Assembly (NCBI GenBank): GCA_964541055.1
Contig: CAZIQR010000002.1
Span: 1 to 45,980, forward strand
From: an uncultured Eubacteriales bacterium
Lineage (GTDB): Bacteria > Acidobacteriota > Aminicenantia > Aminicenantales > Saccharicenantaceae
Length of the DNA: 45,980 nucleotides
Reading direction: 5' to 3'
This document shows positions 1 to 9,016 of this stretch, piece after piece. The number at the start of each line of letters is the position of its first letter. Within the stretch, counting starts at the first letter, position 1. Position numbers and translations under genes: made by a program. The notes under the pieces were generated by a model. It made no database searches and had not been told where the DNA came from. It worked only from the letters and a program-made list of their open reading frames with translations.

Positions 1-361
1 GCCCGGCCTGCCGGATCCGGCCCAGGTCTTCCTTCAGGCGGTCCGGCGCCATCACGCGGTCCACGCCCGCTCGGGCGGCCCGGTCCTTGAGCGAGGGCAG
101 GGGTCCCGTCCAGACAAAATCCTCGACCGTTGGCTCGAGGCCGTAGAGGGTTTCCGTGCCTTCGTCCAGATCGATCGTCGCGGATAGGCCGGCGTTATCG
201 AGGCCGAAATAGTAAAGGAATGAGCTGTCCTGCCGGAAACGGAACGGATTGTCCGCGTAATTCATGGGGCTTTCGTCGTTCCCCAGGAACAACGCGACCC
301 CCGAGCCGATCCCCCGGCGCAAGGCCTCCCTGCGGGCGCGATAGACGGTCCGGTCGAACAT
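1..361 (-). CDS. Xaa-Pro aminopeptidase (M24B / aminopeptidase P family), N-terminal AMP_N part; 3' end runs off the window
   Basis: Not in the ORF track because no stop lies in the window. Own translation from ATG at 361 (minus): MFDRTVYRARREALRRGIGSGVALFLGNDESPMNYADNPFRFRQDSSFLYYFGLDNAG... This fits the PepP N-terminal pattern (RR.AL ... pFRQdS.F.Y.tG). AGGAG (rc of 369-373) lies 7 nt upstream. Confidence 0.65.
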   Translation of the reverse strand, partial: MFDRTVYRARREALRRGIGSGVALFLGNDESPMNYADNPFRFRQDSSFLYYFGLDNAGLSATIDLDEGTETLYGLEPTVEDFVWTGPLPSLKDRAARAGVDRVMAPDRLKEDLGRIRQAG

Positions 362-397
362 CAGGGCTCTCCTTTCTCCCGCCGCGGGACGGCGGCC

Positions 398-1366
398 TTA
401 TTTCTTGATCTGCTCGATCGCGGCGATGGCCGCCTTGACGCCGGCCGCCTCGGGATTCTGCGGATCGAGCTCGAGGAATTTCTTCAGGTTCTCCGAGGCC
501 TTCGGGAAGTCGCCCTTGTTGAGGTAGACCAGCCCCAGCCGGTGATAGGCCTTCGGCCAGTCGCTCTTGATCTTGATCGCGAGCTCAAAATAGGCGATGG
601 CATCGTCGGTCTTCTGGTTGGAGAAAAAGATCTCGCCGACGTTGTAGGCCGCGCCGGGATCCTCGGGCGAGATCTCGAGGGCCCGCCGGAAAAAGCCCTG
701 GGCGGCCCCGAGGTCACCGCGCTTCAGGGCCACTTCGCCCAGGCCCGAAAGGGCCTTGAGTGACGTGTCCTTCTGCTTTCTCTGGTCCTCTAGGGCCGGG
801 CCGCTCTTCTCGAGGACGGCCTGGAACTCCGCCTCGGCCTTGTCCAGGCCCCCCTTCTCCTTGTAGACGCTGCCGATATTCAGGTGAACGGCGTAAACAT
901 CCGGGAACTTCGCGGCGAACTCCTCGAAGGCGGCAAGGGCCTCGTCGTACCGGCCTTCCTTGAGCAGCGCGTTCCCGCTGTCGAGAAGGCTCCCCCCGGC
1001 CTCAACAGAGGGCGACGCGCCGCCGGAGGACGCTGGCTTGAGCGTCAGAACGACCGGCGGGTTGGCGGCCAGCTGACTGACCTGGACCTCGGTGGTGACG
1101 CTGAGATAGGCCTCTTTAGAAGCGGTCACCCGCCAGGCCCCCGTGCCCAGCCCGCCAACGGCGAAGTGGCCTTTCTTGTCGGTCCGGGACTCGAAGCGGG
1201 CGTGGCTCCTTGGGCTCTCGACGACCACCAGGGCGCCCGGGACCTTGGCCCCGCTCTCGTCGATGACGTCCCCGCTGATCCTGCCTCGTCCGAGGTCGTC
1301 CTGGGCCGGCATGGCCAAGGCCAGGCCCAGGACGGCCAGGCACACCATGGCAGAGTAGTATTTCAT
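398..1366 (-). CDS. secreted protein with carboxypeptidase-regulatory-like (CarboxypepD_reg) domain and C-terminal TPR repeats
   Basis: 322-aa ORF. Signal peptide MKYYSAMVCLAVLGLALAMPAQ. ISGDVIDESGAKVPGALVVVES...TDKKGHFAVGGLGTGAWRVTASKEAY is CarboxypepD_reg-like. Several TPR-like repeats follow (GRYDEALAAFEE..., AYHRLGLVYLNKGDFPKA). GGAG SD lies upstream. Confidence 0.8.
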   Translation of the reverse strand: MKYYSAMVCLAVLGLALAMPAQDDLGRGRISGDVIDESGAKVPGALVVVESPRSHARFESRTDKKGHFAVGGLGTGAWRVTASKEAYLSVTTEVQVSQLAANPPVVLTLKPASSGGASPSVEAGGSLLDSGNALLKEGRYDEALAAFEEFAAKFPDVYAVHLNIGSVYKEKGGLDKAEAEFQAVLEKSGPALEDQRKQKDTSLKALSGLGEVALKRGDLGAAQGFFRRALEISPEDPGAAYNVGEIFFSNQKTDDAIAYFELAIKIKSDWPKAYHRLGLVYLNKGDFPKASENLKKFLELDPQNPEAAGVKAAIAAIEQIKK

Positions 1367-1389
1367 GGCGATCTCCGTTGGTTCAGGTC

Positions 1390-3453
1390 TTATTTGCGTT
1401 TCTTGAGCTCATCGACCCTGGCCCGGATCGACGGCTGGTCGGGGCTGAGCGCGAGAGATTTCTCGAAAGCCGCCAGCGCGTCCGGGATCCGGTCGAGCTC
1501 GACGTAGCACTCTCCCATCATGTTCATGAGGAGGGCATTGATCCCAAACCGTTCGACGGCCCTCGCGAGGGTCGTGACCGCCTCCTCGGAGCGGTGGGCC
1601 TGACGCAGGGCTTGGGCGCTCAGAACAAAGGTTTCATACTTGGCCGTCCGGGCCGGATCGATGAAGGGCCCGAGGATCTGGACGGCCTCGGAGGCCGCTC
1701 CGCGGGCCAGGTGGACGCGGGCCAGGGCCGCCGCGGCGTCCTCAGAACCCGGGAGCCTGGCGAACGCGCTCTCGAAGCGCGCCTGAGCCTCGGCGAGACG
1801 GCCAAGGTTGAAGAGCTGGAGTCCGATGATCCCCGCGTAGGCGGGATCGCCGGCGTCAGGCAGGATCCTCGAGAAATACCATGGACGGGGAAGTCGTTCG
1901 GCGAAGCTGACCTCGAATTCCTCGACAGCCGAAACGATCTCGACGCCGTCCGCGCCAACGCCCACTCGGAGGGTATAATGAGCGGGAGCGAAATCCGACA
2001 AGGGGTTCTCCTCGATGATATCGGGCAGGTCCGGGCACTCCGACGGCTTCTTGACGATCGTCCGGAAAGACCGGCCATCCTTGAGGAACTCGAACTTGAT
2101 CTCGGCCGTCGTGGCCAGGGCGCCGGTCAGATTGTGGAGCTGTAAGGCGACCGCCAGGGTTTCCTGGCGCGAGAACGTCCGGTCCGGCTGGCAGAAGATC
2201 TGATAGGGCCCGACCCGGAACGCTTTCATCCGCTGTGCCGCGGCGTCGAGCCGAACGGCGCGGTAGCCCAGCAACGGCTGGGTCATCTGGACCGCCTTCT
2301 CCGCGTCAGGGATCCGCAGGGCCTGCTCGACCGAGGTGAATTCCTTTGAGACCTCGTTCTTGATGAGCAGCGACAGCGTGTAGTCGCCGCCGACGAGCGG
2401 AAAGAGGTCCTGATAATTGAACGGGACCCGGCTCGCCTCATCCATCTGGGCGTCATTCAGGTTCAGTACGACCGACTTGTCGAACTGATAGATGAGCCGG
2501 CCGCCGGGCGCGGAGACGCGGCCATTCACTTTGAGGGTCGTGTAATAGGAGTCCCCTCGCTGATTGACGGACAGCCGTTGCGGCTGGACGTCGTAGTGGA
2601 CGAAGAAAAGACCGGAGGGGTCCTTGATGATCCGGATGAGGCTGGCGTTGTCGATGTAATTGGCCGAGTATTCGACCTCGACGAGGTCCTTGTAGGCTAG
2701 GAATTTTTGGGCGTATTGGGATGCGATGCTGCGGGCCGGGGCCGTGGCGATCCGTTGGAGGAGCAGATCGGCGCCCATCGACGGCCTCCCATAGATCGTT
2801 CCCGCCTCGGCGGGCTCGAGGGAGAGGGAGACCTCAGCCAGGTTGGGTTCGATGTCGCGGAGCTTTTCGTACGCGGCCGTCGGATCCATATCCCCCAAAT
2901 AGCCCGACATCAAGGCCTGGGGGCCGTCCGCCGTCGGACTGTAGAGCCGGAACTCGCCGGATCCGCCCGGCTTGAAGAAGACCACGTGGAAGGCCGGGGG
3001 GAGGCCGAGATCGGTCTTGCCTTGGTAGAACCAGACCTCGGTATCGTAGGTCGAAGACTTGCCTTCGTACCGCTCGACGTCCTGGGGTTCGCCGAGGATG
3101 ATGTAAATCCGGCCCCGGTCCGTCTTCCAACCAGGGCGTGAGGTGTCCCGGCCATAGGTGAGGTTGGCGTAAGCGATCCGGCGGTAATGCTCCGTCTTGA
3201 ACTCGTTCTCGGGAGTCCCGGGCGTGGGGTCCCGTTGCTTCCAGAAGGCCTCGATGAAGAGCTCCCGTTCGCGGTCGACCTGGAGCTTCAGGAACACGGA
3301 CCGTTCCGTTGGGCTGATGATATAGACGGCCTCCTCCTCGAGCCAAGCCTTGTGGGCGGCCGAAAGCTGCGGCTTCGCGACCGCTTGACCCGCGTGAAGC
3401 GCGCCCGCCAAGAGAAGCGTCACCGGCAAGAGGCGCAGGGGTAAGCGAAACAT
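1390..3453 (-). CDS. GWxTD domain-containing protein with C-terminal TPR region
   Basis: Motif GWKTDRGRIYIILGEP (GWxTD). Signal peptide MFRLPLRLLPVTLLLAGALHAGQA starts at the internal ATG 3453. The listed ORF start 3531 adds 26 aa with no signal-peptide logic. A TATAAT -10 sits 6 nt upstream of 3453. TPR-like C-terminus. Confidence 0.8.
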   Translation of the reverse strand: MFRLPLRLLPVTLLLAGALHAGQAVAKPQLSAAHKAWLEEEAVYIISPTERSVFLKLQVDRERELFIEAFWKQRDPTPGTPENEFKTEHYRRIAYANLTYGRDTSRPGWKTDRGRIYIILGEPQDVERYEGKSSTYDTEVWFYQGKTDLGLPPAFHVVFFKPGGSGEFRLYSPTADGPQALMSGYLGDMDPTAAYEKLRDIEPNLAEVSLSLEPAEAGTIYGRPSMGADLLLQRIATAPARSIASQYAQKFLAYKDLVEVEYSANYIDNASLIRIIKDPSGLFFVHYDVQPQRLSVNQRGDSYYTTLKVNGRVSAPGGRLIYQFDKSVVLNLNDAQMDEASRVPFNYQDLFPLVGGDYTLSLLIKNEVSKEFTSVEQALRIPDAEKAVQMTQPLLGYRAVRLDAAAQRMKAFRVGPYQIFCQPDRTFSRQETLAVALQLHNLTGALATTAEIKFEFLKDGRSFRTIVKKPSECPDLPDIIEENPLSDFAPAHYTLRVGVGADGVEIVSAVEEFEVSFAERLPRPWYFSRILPDAGDPAYAGIIGLQLFNLGRLAEAQARFESAFARLPGSEDAAAALARVHLARGAASEAVQILGPFIDPARTAKYETFVLSAQALRQAHRSEEAVTTLARAVERFGINALLMNMMGECYVELDRIPDALAAFEKSLALSPDQPSIRARVDELKKRK

Positions 3454-3459
3454 AATTTC

Positions 3460-3488
3460 ATTATATAACAAAGAAAGTTCCTTTTGAA
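3460..3488 (-). promoter_or_regulatory. putative sigma70-type promoter TTCAAA-17-TATAAT, 6 nt from the GWxTD ATG (leaderless arrangement)
   Basis: Minus strand reads TTCAAA (rc 3483-3488), 17 nt, TATAAT (rc 3460-3465), GAAATT, ATG(3453). There is no SD between the -10 and the ATG. Confidence 0.4.
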
Positions 3489-3569
3489 CAGGCGCCGGTC
3501 TGTGGCCTGGATTGGCAGGCGGCATTATCAAATACGGCCTTGTCTGTTAGAATAAACGGGGAGATGCCC

Positions 3570-4523
3570 ATGAGCCCGACGACGTCCGTCCGCTACGTCA
3601 CGACCGAGGAAGCCCGGGCCGCCCTGGCCATGCCGGCGGCGGTCAAGGCCGTGGGGATGGCCCTTGTCGAGCTCTCGGCGGGCCGGGCCGTCGTCCCGGC
3701 CCGGACGAGCCTCGAGGTCCCCGCCTTCCGCACCACGGCGCTGGTCATGCCGGCCTATCTGCCGGGCCCGAAGCGCATCGGGCTGAAGCTCATCTCTCTC
3801 TGCGAGAACAACCCCGCGCAGGGATTGCCCTTTGCACAGGCCCTGACGATCGTCATGGACGCCGAGCGGGGCGCGCCTCTCGCCGTCCTCGAGGCAGGAT
3901 ATCTCACCGCCGTCCGGACCGGCGCGGCGTCGGGAGCGGCGACGGACGCCCTCGCCCGGAGGGACGCCCGAGTCGCGGCCGTCTTCGGCGCCGGGGTCCA
4001 GGGCCGGACGCAGCTCGAGGCCGTGGCCGCCGTCCGTCCGCTCCGCAAGGCCTTTATCTTCGATGTCGACCCCCGGGCCGCGGCCGCCTTCGCCGGCGAG
4101 ATGAGCGCGAAGCTGGGCCTTCAGGTCGAGCCCGCCGCCGGGCCGACGGCCCTGCGGGAAGCGGACATCATCTGCACGGTCACGACGTCGTCGACGCCGG
4201 TCTTCGACGACCGGGACCTCAAGCCGGGCGTCCACATCAACGCCGTCGGCTCCTACAAGCCTCACATCCGGGAGATCCCGGGCGAGACGGTCCGCAGAGC
4301 CAACTTGTTCGTGGACGAGGCGCGGTCGTGTCTCGAAGAGGCCGGCGACATCCTCATCCCGCTCGGCGAGGGCCTCATCGGCAAAGACCACATCAGGGCT
4401 GAGATCGGCGAGGTCCTGGCGGGGCTCAAGCCGGGCCGCGGCTCGGAGGACGAGATCACGCTCTTCAAGTCCGTCGGCAACGCCGTCGAGGACCTGGCCG
4501 TGGCCTCCCTCATCCTGGGCTGA
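3570..4523 (+). CDS. ornithine cyclodeaminase / mu-crystallin family protein
   Basis: ORF 3540..4523. N-terminus ([38 protein letters not shown]) and Rossmann motif [14 protein letters not shown] are typical of the OCD/mu-crystallin family. GGGGAG at 3558-3563 favours ATG 3570 (6-nt spacing) over 3564 or the TTG at 3540. Confidence 0.8.
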   Translation: MSPTTSVRYVTTEEARAALAMPAAVKAVGMALVELSAGRAVVPARTSLEVPAFRTTALVMPAYLPGPKRIGLKLISLCENNPAQGLPFAQALTIVMDAERGAPLAVLEAGYLTAVRTGAASGAATDALARRDARVAAVFGAGVQGRTQLEAVAAVRPLRKAFIFDVDPRAAAAFAGEMSAKLGLQVEPAAGPTALREADIICTVTTSSTPVFDDRDLKPGVHINAVGSYKPHIREIPGETVRRANLFVDEARSCLEEAGDILIPLGEGLIGKDHIRAEIGEVLAGLKPGRGSEDEITLFKSVGNAVEDLAVASLILG

Positions 4524-4532
4524 AAGGCGATC

Positions 4533-5939
4533 ATGGAATTCATCAGCATCCTCAACGACGTCCTCGGGCCGGTCATGCGCGGGCCCTCGAGCTCGCACAC
4601 GGCCGGGTCCTATCACATCGGGCGGCTGCTTCGGTCGATGCTCGACGGGGAGCCGGCGCGGGCGACCTTCACCTTCGACCCGAAAGGCTCATACGCCGCG
4701 ACCTACCGGCAGCAGGGCGTCGACTTGGCGTTGACCGCGGGCCTGCTCGGCTGGCCGATCACCGACCACCGCTTCGCCCGGGCCCTCGATCACGCCGCTC
4801 GAAGGGGTTTCCGGCCGCTGTTCCGCGTCGCGCCGCTCGAGCGCGCGGACCATCCGAACACTGTGACGGCGGAGATCGTCTCGAAAAGCGGCCGGCGGCT
4901 TAGGGCCACGGCCAAATCGATCGGCGGCGGCATGGTCCTCGTGACCGAGGTCGACGGCCGGCCGGTACGGCTCGACGGCAAGAGCCAAGCGGCCGTTGCC
5001 CTCGGAGGAGGCGACGGCGGAGAGAGAGGCGAAACGGTCGTCGTCCCGCCGCTCTTCCATGTCCAAGAGGGCAAGCCGCTCTTCACGTCGTCGGAGGAGA
5101 TGGTCGCCCTGGCTCGGCGGCGCCGCGTGTCATTAGGCCGGGTCGCGCTCGCCTACGAGTCGCGATTGCTCGGGCTCCCCGAGGCCGATGTTCTTGACGA
5201 GATCGGCCGCCGGCTCGAGATCATGAAGGACTCCGTGCGCCGTGGCCTGAGGGGACCGGGGCTGCGCTTGAAACTCCTGAAACCCACGGCGGGGAGAATC
5301 CTCGGGGCCGAAGCGGCCGGCGGGCTGCCGGGCGGCGGCATGCCGGCCCGGGCCGCGGCCAGGTCCATGGCCGCCCTCCACGTCGCCGGAAGCGGCGGCG
5401 TCGTCTGCGCCGCTCCGACCGGCGGGTCGGCCGGGGTCCTGCCGGGGGTCATGGTCACGTTGGCGGAAGAGAAAGGGCTCGACAAGGAAAAGGCCGCCCT
5501 GGCGCTCCTCGCCGCAGGCGCCGTCGGGCTCATCGTGGCCCGCCGGGCGACCTTCGCCGCCGAGGTCGCGGGCTGCCAGGTCGAGATCGGCGTTGCCGGG
5601 GCCATGGCCGCGGCCGCGGTCGTCGAAGCGGCGGGCGGGACGGCGGCCCAGGCGGCCGACGCCGCGGCGATCTCCCTTCAAAACACCATGGGCTCGGTCT
5701 GCGACCTCGTCCAGGGGATGTGTGAGATCCCCTGCCACACCCGGAACGCCGTCGCGGCCTCGAGCGCATTCGTTTGCGCCGATCTCGTCGTCGGCGGTTA
5801 TGAGAACCCGGTCCCCCTCGACGAGACGATCGACGCCTCGTTCGACTCCGGCCGGATGCTGCCGCCCGAGCTTCGCTGCACGGCCATGGGCGGCCTGGCC
5901 GTCGCGCCCTCGGCTTTATCGCTCAAGAAAAGGCGCTAA
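4533..5939 (+). CDS. sdaA: L-serine ammonia-lyase (L-serine dehydratase), iron-sulfur dependent, single-chain beta-alpha form
   Basis: N-terminal GPSSSHTAGS motif. Cys-containing alpha-domain motifs are present (VVCAAPTGGSAGVLPG, GCQVEIG, GSVCDLVQGMCEIPCHTRNA). Starts 9 nt after the OCD-family gene. Confidence 0.8.
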   Translation: MEFISILNDVLGPVMRGPSSSHTAGSYHIGRLLRSMLDGEPARATFTFDPKGSYAATYRQQGVDLALTAGLLGWPITDHRFARALDHAARRGFRPLFRVAPLERADHPNTVTAEIVSKSGRRLRATAKSIGGGMVLVTEVDGRPVRLDGKSQAAVALGGGDGGERGETVVVPPLFHVQEGKPLFTSSEEMVALARRRRVSLGRVALAYESRLLGLPEADVLDEIGRRLEIMKDSVRRGLRGPGLRLKLLKPTAGRILGAEAAGGLPGGGMPARAAARSMAALHVAGSGGVVCAAPTGGSAGVLPGVMVTLAEEKGLDKEKAALALLAAGAVGLIVARRATFAAEVAGCQVEIGVAGAMAAAAVVEAAGGTAAQAADAAAISLQNTMGSVCDLVQGMCEIPCHTRNAVAASSAFVCADLVVGGYENPVPLDETIDASFDSGRMLPPELRCTAMGGLAVAPSALSLKKRR

Positions 5940-5990
5940 AGAGGAGAATCGCCCAAGATTCCTTCGGGAAGAGCTCTCTTCTGATATTTC

Positions 5991-6029
5991 GCAGAAATCC
6001 AGCTATGTGTATCTCCGCTGGATTTCTGC
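5991..6029. terminator. bidirectional hairpin between convergent genes
   Basis: Perfect 13-bp stem GCAGAAATCCAGC (5991-6003) / GCTGGATTTCTGC (6017-6029) with a 13-nt loop. Lies between the sdaA stop (5939) and the stop of the minus-strand gene (6037). Confidence 0.6.
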
Positions 6030-6036
6030 CCTCCGC

Positions 6037-8925
6037 TCACTTTCGTTCGCTGCGGTCGGAGGGCGGGGCCATGAGCCGGGTCGTGTATTCCGTCTCGACG
6101 TTCTCGAAGAAGGCCCCTTCAAATCGTCCGGGCTCGAGGGTCGGCAGGCTGACCTCGATATCGATGGGGCTGTCGGGCCGGATGCGGCTGACGTCGGCGT
6201 AGTGGCCGATGAAGGTCCGCTCCGGCGAGTGCCCGTAGATGCTGTTGTAACCCTTGAGGATCTCGACCGGCTGGCCGTTGATCCTCAGGCTCACGGGCAT
6301 CGCGTCCGTCCCATCGATGATGGGGATGTGGAGGAGCAACCGCCAGGGAGCGAGCCACGGGGACCGTAAATCCTCATCGCTGTAGGCCACGGGCCAGGAC
6401 TTCTTGCGCTCGACGAGCTGGTCGAGGACGCGCTTCGGCACGGTGATGCGGGCCTTGTAGATCCCGCCCGTGAACCCGGCCGGGACCGGACCGGCGCATT
6501 GGGACTTGGCGAAGACCCGGCCGGCGAAGCGCACCGTGGCCGTAACCACGTTCTTGTCGGCCTTGAAGGGGTAGGCGACGCCGTTGACCGAGAGGGCCCG
6601 GACGCGGGACTTCTCCGGCACGACGACGACGAGCGTCCGCGAGGTCCCGGCCTCGGCCGTGACCTCGGTCAGCGCCAGGCGCGTGGACTGGAGCGCGGCC
6701 GCGCCGGCGGCGTTGAAGAGGATGGGCTCCTTGATCGCCGCCGGGGCGGGAAAGACCTCGTAGACCGCCGCTTCGCGGCCCGGCAGGGTCAGGGCGACCT
6801 CGCTGCCGTAGGTCCACGGGCCCTCGGGAGAGCCGACGAGGCGGCCGGCCTCGGGATAGACCTCTTTGATCATGATCCGGTCGCCCTTGACGAGGCCGAT
6901 CGTCGGGTCGAGCTTGAAGCGGGCCGTCTTGGGGCCCGGATTGGGATTGAAGAGGAAAAGGAGGCCGCGGTCCTCGACGATGGCCGCCGTGCCGTCGATG
7001 CGGCCGGCCATGGGCGGGCCGAGGATCGGGCGCAGGGCGTGGAGGTAGCTCGCGTTCTCGTCCGTCCAGTCGAGCCAGCCCTTGAAAAAGGCCTTGTCCT
7101 CGTCCGAGAGGGCCTTGAACTCCTCGGGGTCGCGGGCCGGGATGAAGTCAATGACGTGGTTGAAGGGCGCCGTACCGATCGAGGACAGGAGCGAATAGGT
7201 CCAGCCGAGGACGTCCCAGTCCTTGGCGTGGAAGCGGTCGCGGCGCATGACGCCGGCCCCGTCGTTGCGCTCGGACTGGTGGGTGATGAAGCCGGGCATG
7301 ATCTCGGGCGGCGTAAATCGCTCGACACGGTAGGTCCAGGCGGCGAAGCGCTGCCGGTCGGCCGAGACGCGGTCGGTGTGGAGGTCGGGGAAGGCCTTGA
7401 AGCTTTCCGGCTGCTCGTCGGTCAGGGTCGGATGCGGGTAGGAGCCGCCGAGCCAGGTCCAGGGGCCGAAGTTCTGATATTGCTGGCGGCCGTCGACGAC
7501 GGCGTCGAAGGCGGCCCGGCGCAGGCTCTCGAGGATGCGGCGGCCGCCGTACCACTGCGCGTATTTGCTAGAGGCCTTGTCGAGGGCGATCCACCAGTGA
7601 TCGAAGGAGTAGCCGGCGGCACCGGTCGCCCTCATGAACGAGAGGAGCTTGTCCAGCCACCAATCCTGGAACGAGCGCAGGCCGGTGTCGGCGCCGGCTT
7701 TCGAGGCGCCGTCGCCGGCGTAGGCCGTCCACTCGGGGTTCTGGAGGAAGGGCAGCGAGGGGTAGGCGTAGGCCATGAGCTTGAGCTTCTTCGAGGCGGC
7801 GTAATCGAGCATGGCCTTGAGGCCGGCCGGCACGTCGTCACGGCGCGGGTCCCAATCCCCTTTCCGGATCTTCTGGCCGAGCCCGAACCAGAGGACGTTC
7901 TCCCAGCCCCACGAGTCGGCGTTCTCGTCGAGGCTCGAGAGGGCGCTGTTGGCCGGGGTGTAGAGGAGGTGGGTCGCGCCGAGCTCGGCGGCCCTGTCCA
8001 TGATCCGCTTGTATTCCTCGACGCCTTCGGGCGTGCCGACGTCGATCTGGTAGTCGTTCTCGCACCACGGGATATGGACGCGGACGCCGCGGGTGGGCAG
8101 GTCGAGCAGGAACGAGCGTACGCATTCGACGAGGGCGTTCGACTCGGCGATGTCGATCGTCGGCGAGTCCTTGAGGAGCTTGTCGTAGTCGGGGACGAAG
8201 ACCCATTCGGGCACGGCCTTGGCCGGGATGCGCAGGCCGGCGAGGTCGGTGATGCCGAGGCAGAGGCGGTCCGAGGCGAAGGGGCCGAGGTCGCGGCTCC
8301 AATCCATGTCGGGGGCGTAAGAGACGGAGACCGCGGCGCCTTCGCGGGTCCAGGTCATGAACGGGTTCTGGAGAAGGAAGAAGACGCTCCACGCAGTCCC
8401 GGCGGAGGCGTCGGCCCCGAGGAAGCGGCAGACGGCGCCGAACGAGCCGCCCTTGAGGGGCAGCTCCTCGACGACCGAACGGTCGAGCCGGGTCTGGAAC
8501 GGCATGACCGCGTTGATGTGAAAAGCGCGGCTCCGGGCCGAAGAGACGACGATCTGCTTGGTCAGGAACTCCCAGGCCGGCTTGAGCTCGTAGATGACGT
8601 CGAAGGTGTAAGGATCGCGGGTGTAGCGGTAGGCGACCTTGGCCGGGGTCATCTCGATCTCGGCCGGGCCGAGGCTGCCGATGAGAACGGCGGCGCCGTC
8701 GATGGTGATCGTGGACGGGTCGGCCGAGAAGGCGAGGGCGCGGCCGGACTTGGGCAGGCTGATGGAGGCGATCCCCTGGTCGTTGAAGGCGGCGCGGATG
8801 CGGCCGTTGTCGAGAGCCATGTCCTCGGCGTGGGCCTGGACGGCGGAGGCGAGAAGGACAGAGAGGGCGGCCAGGGCCAGAAGAGCGCGGGTCGGGCCGG
8901 GGGACGTCGGGCGCATCGCGGTCAT
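6037..8925 (-). CDS. large secreted protein, putative glycoside hydrolase, family unassigned
   Basis: 962-aa ORF with native codon bias. Signal peptide ...LLALAALSVLLASAVQAHAED. AAGGAG SD upstream. Lies 91 nt downstream of GH127 on the same strand. I see no diagnostic catalytic motif, so the function is only inferred from context and size. Confidence 0.7.
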   Translation of the reverse strand: MTAMRPTSPGPTRALLALAALSVLLASAVQAHAEDMALDNGRIRAAFNDQGIASISLPKSGRALAFSADPSTITIDGAAVLIGSLGPAEIEMTPAKVAYRYTRDPYTFDVIYELKPAWEFLTKQIVVSSARSRAFHINAVMPFQTRLDRSVVEELPLKGGSFGAVCRFLGADASAGTAWSVFFLLQNPFMTWTREGAAVSVSYAPDMDWSRDLGPFASDRLCLGITDLAGLRIPAKAVPEWVFVPDYDKLLKDSPTIDIAESNALVECVRSFLLDLPTRGVRVHIPWCENDYQIDVGTPEGVEEYKRIMDRAAELGATHLLYTPANSALSSLDENADSWGWENVLWFGLGQKIRKGDWDPRRDDVPAGLKAMLDYAASKKLKLMAYAYPSLPFLQNPEWTAYAGDGASKAGADTGLRSFQDWWLDKLLSFMRATGAAGYSFDHWWIALDKASSKYAQWYGGRRILESLRRAAFDAVVDGRQQYQNFGPWTWLGGSYPHPTLTDEQPESFKAFPDLHTDRVSADRQRFAAWTYRVERFTPPEIMPGFITHQSERNDGAGVMRRDRFHAKDWDVLGWTYSLLSSIGTAPFNHVIDFIPARDPEEFKALSDEDKAFFKGWLDWTDENASYLHALRPILGPPMAGRIDGTAAIVEDRGLLFLFNPNPGPKTARFKLDPTIGLVKGDRIMIKEVYPEAGRLVGSPEGPWTYGSEVALTLPGREAAVYEVFPAPAAIKEPILFNAAGAAALQSTRLALTEVTAEAGTSRTLVVVVPEKSRVRALSVNGVAYPFKADKNVVTATVRFAGRVFAKSQCAGPVPAGFTGGIYKARITVPKRVLDQLVERKKSWPVAYSDEDLRSPWLAPWRLLLHIPIIDGTDAMPVSLRINGQPVEILKGYNSIYGHSPERTFIGHYADVSRIRPDSPIDIEVSLPTLEPGRFEGAFFENVETEYTTRLMAPPSDRSERK

Positions 8926-9016
8926 CCTCGTTCTCCTTGGGGGGCTCTTTTGATTATAACCGAAGGAGCGGGCAATTGGCGAAAGAAAGGACGCTGGGGG
9001 CCTCTGGGGCCTGACC

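Noticed and set aside
130-408. 92-aa plus-strand ORF at the window start.
   Set aside because: It is antisense to the aminopeptidase P N-terminal coding region, which has a clear family pattern and an SD. The product is Arg/Gly/Pro-rich.
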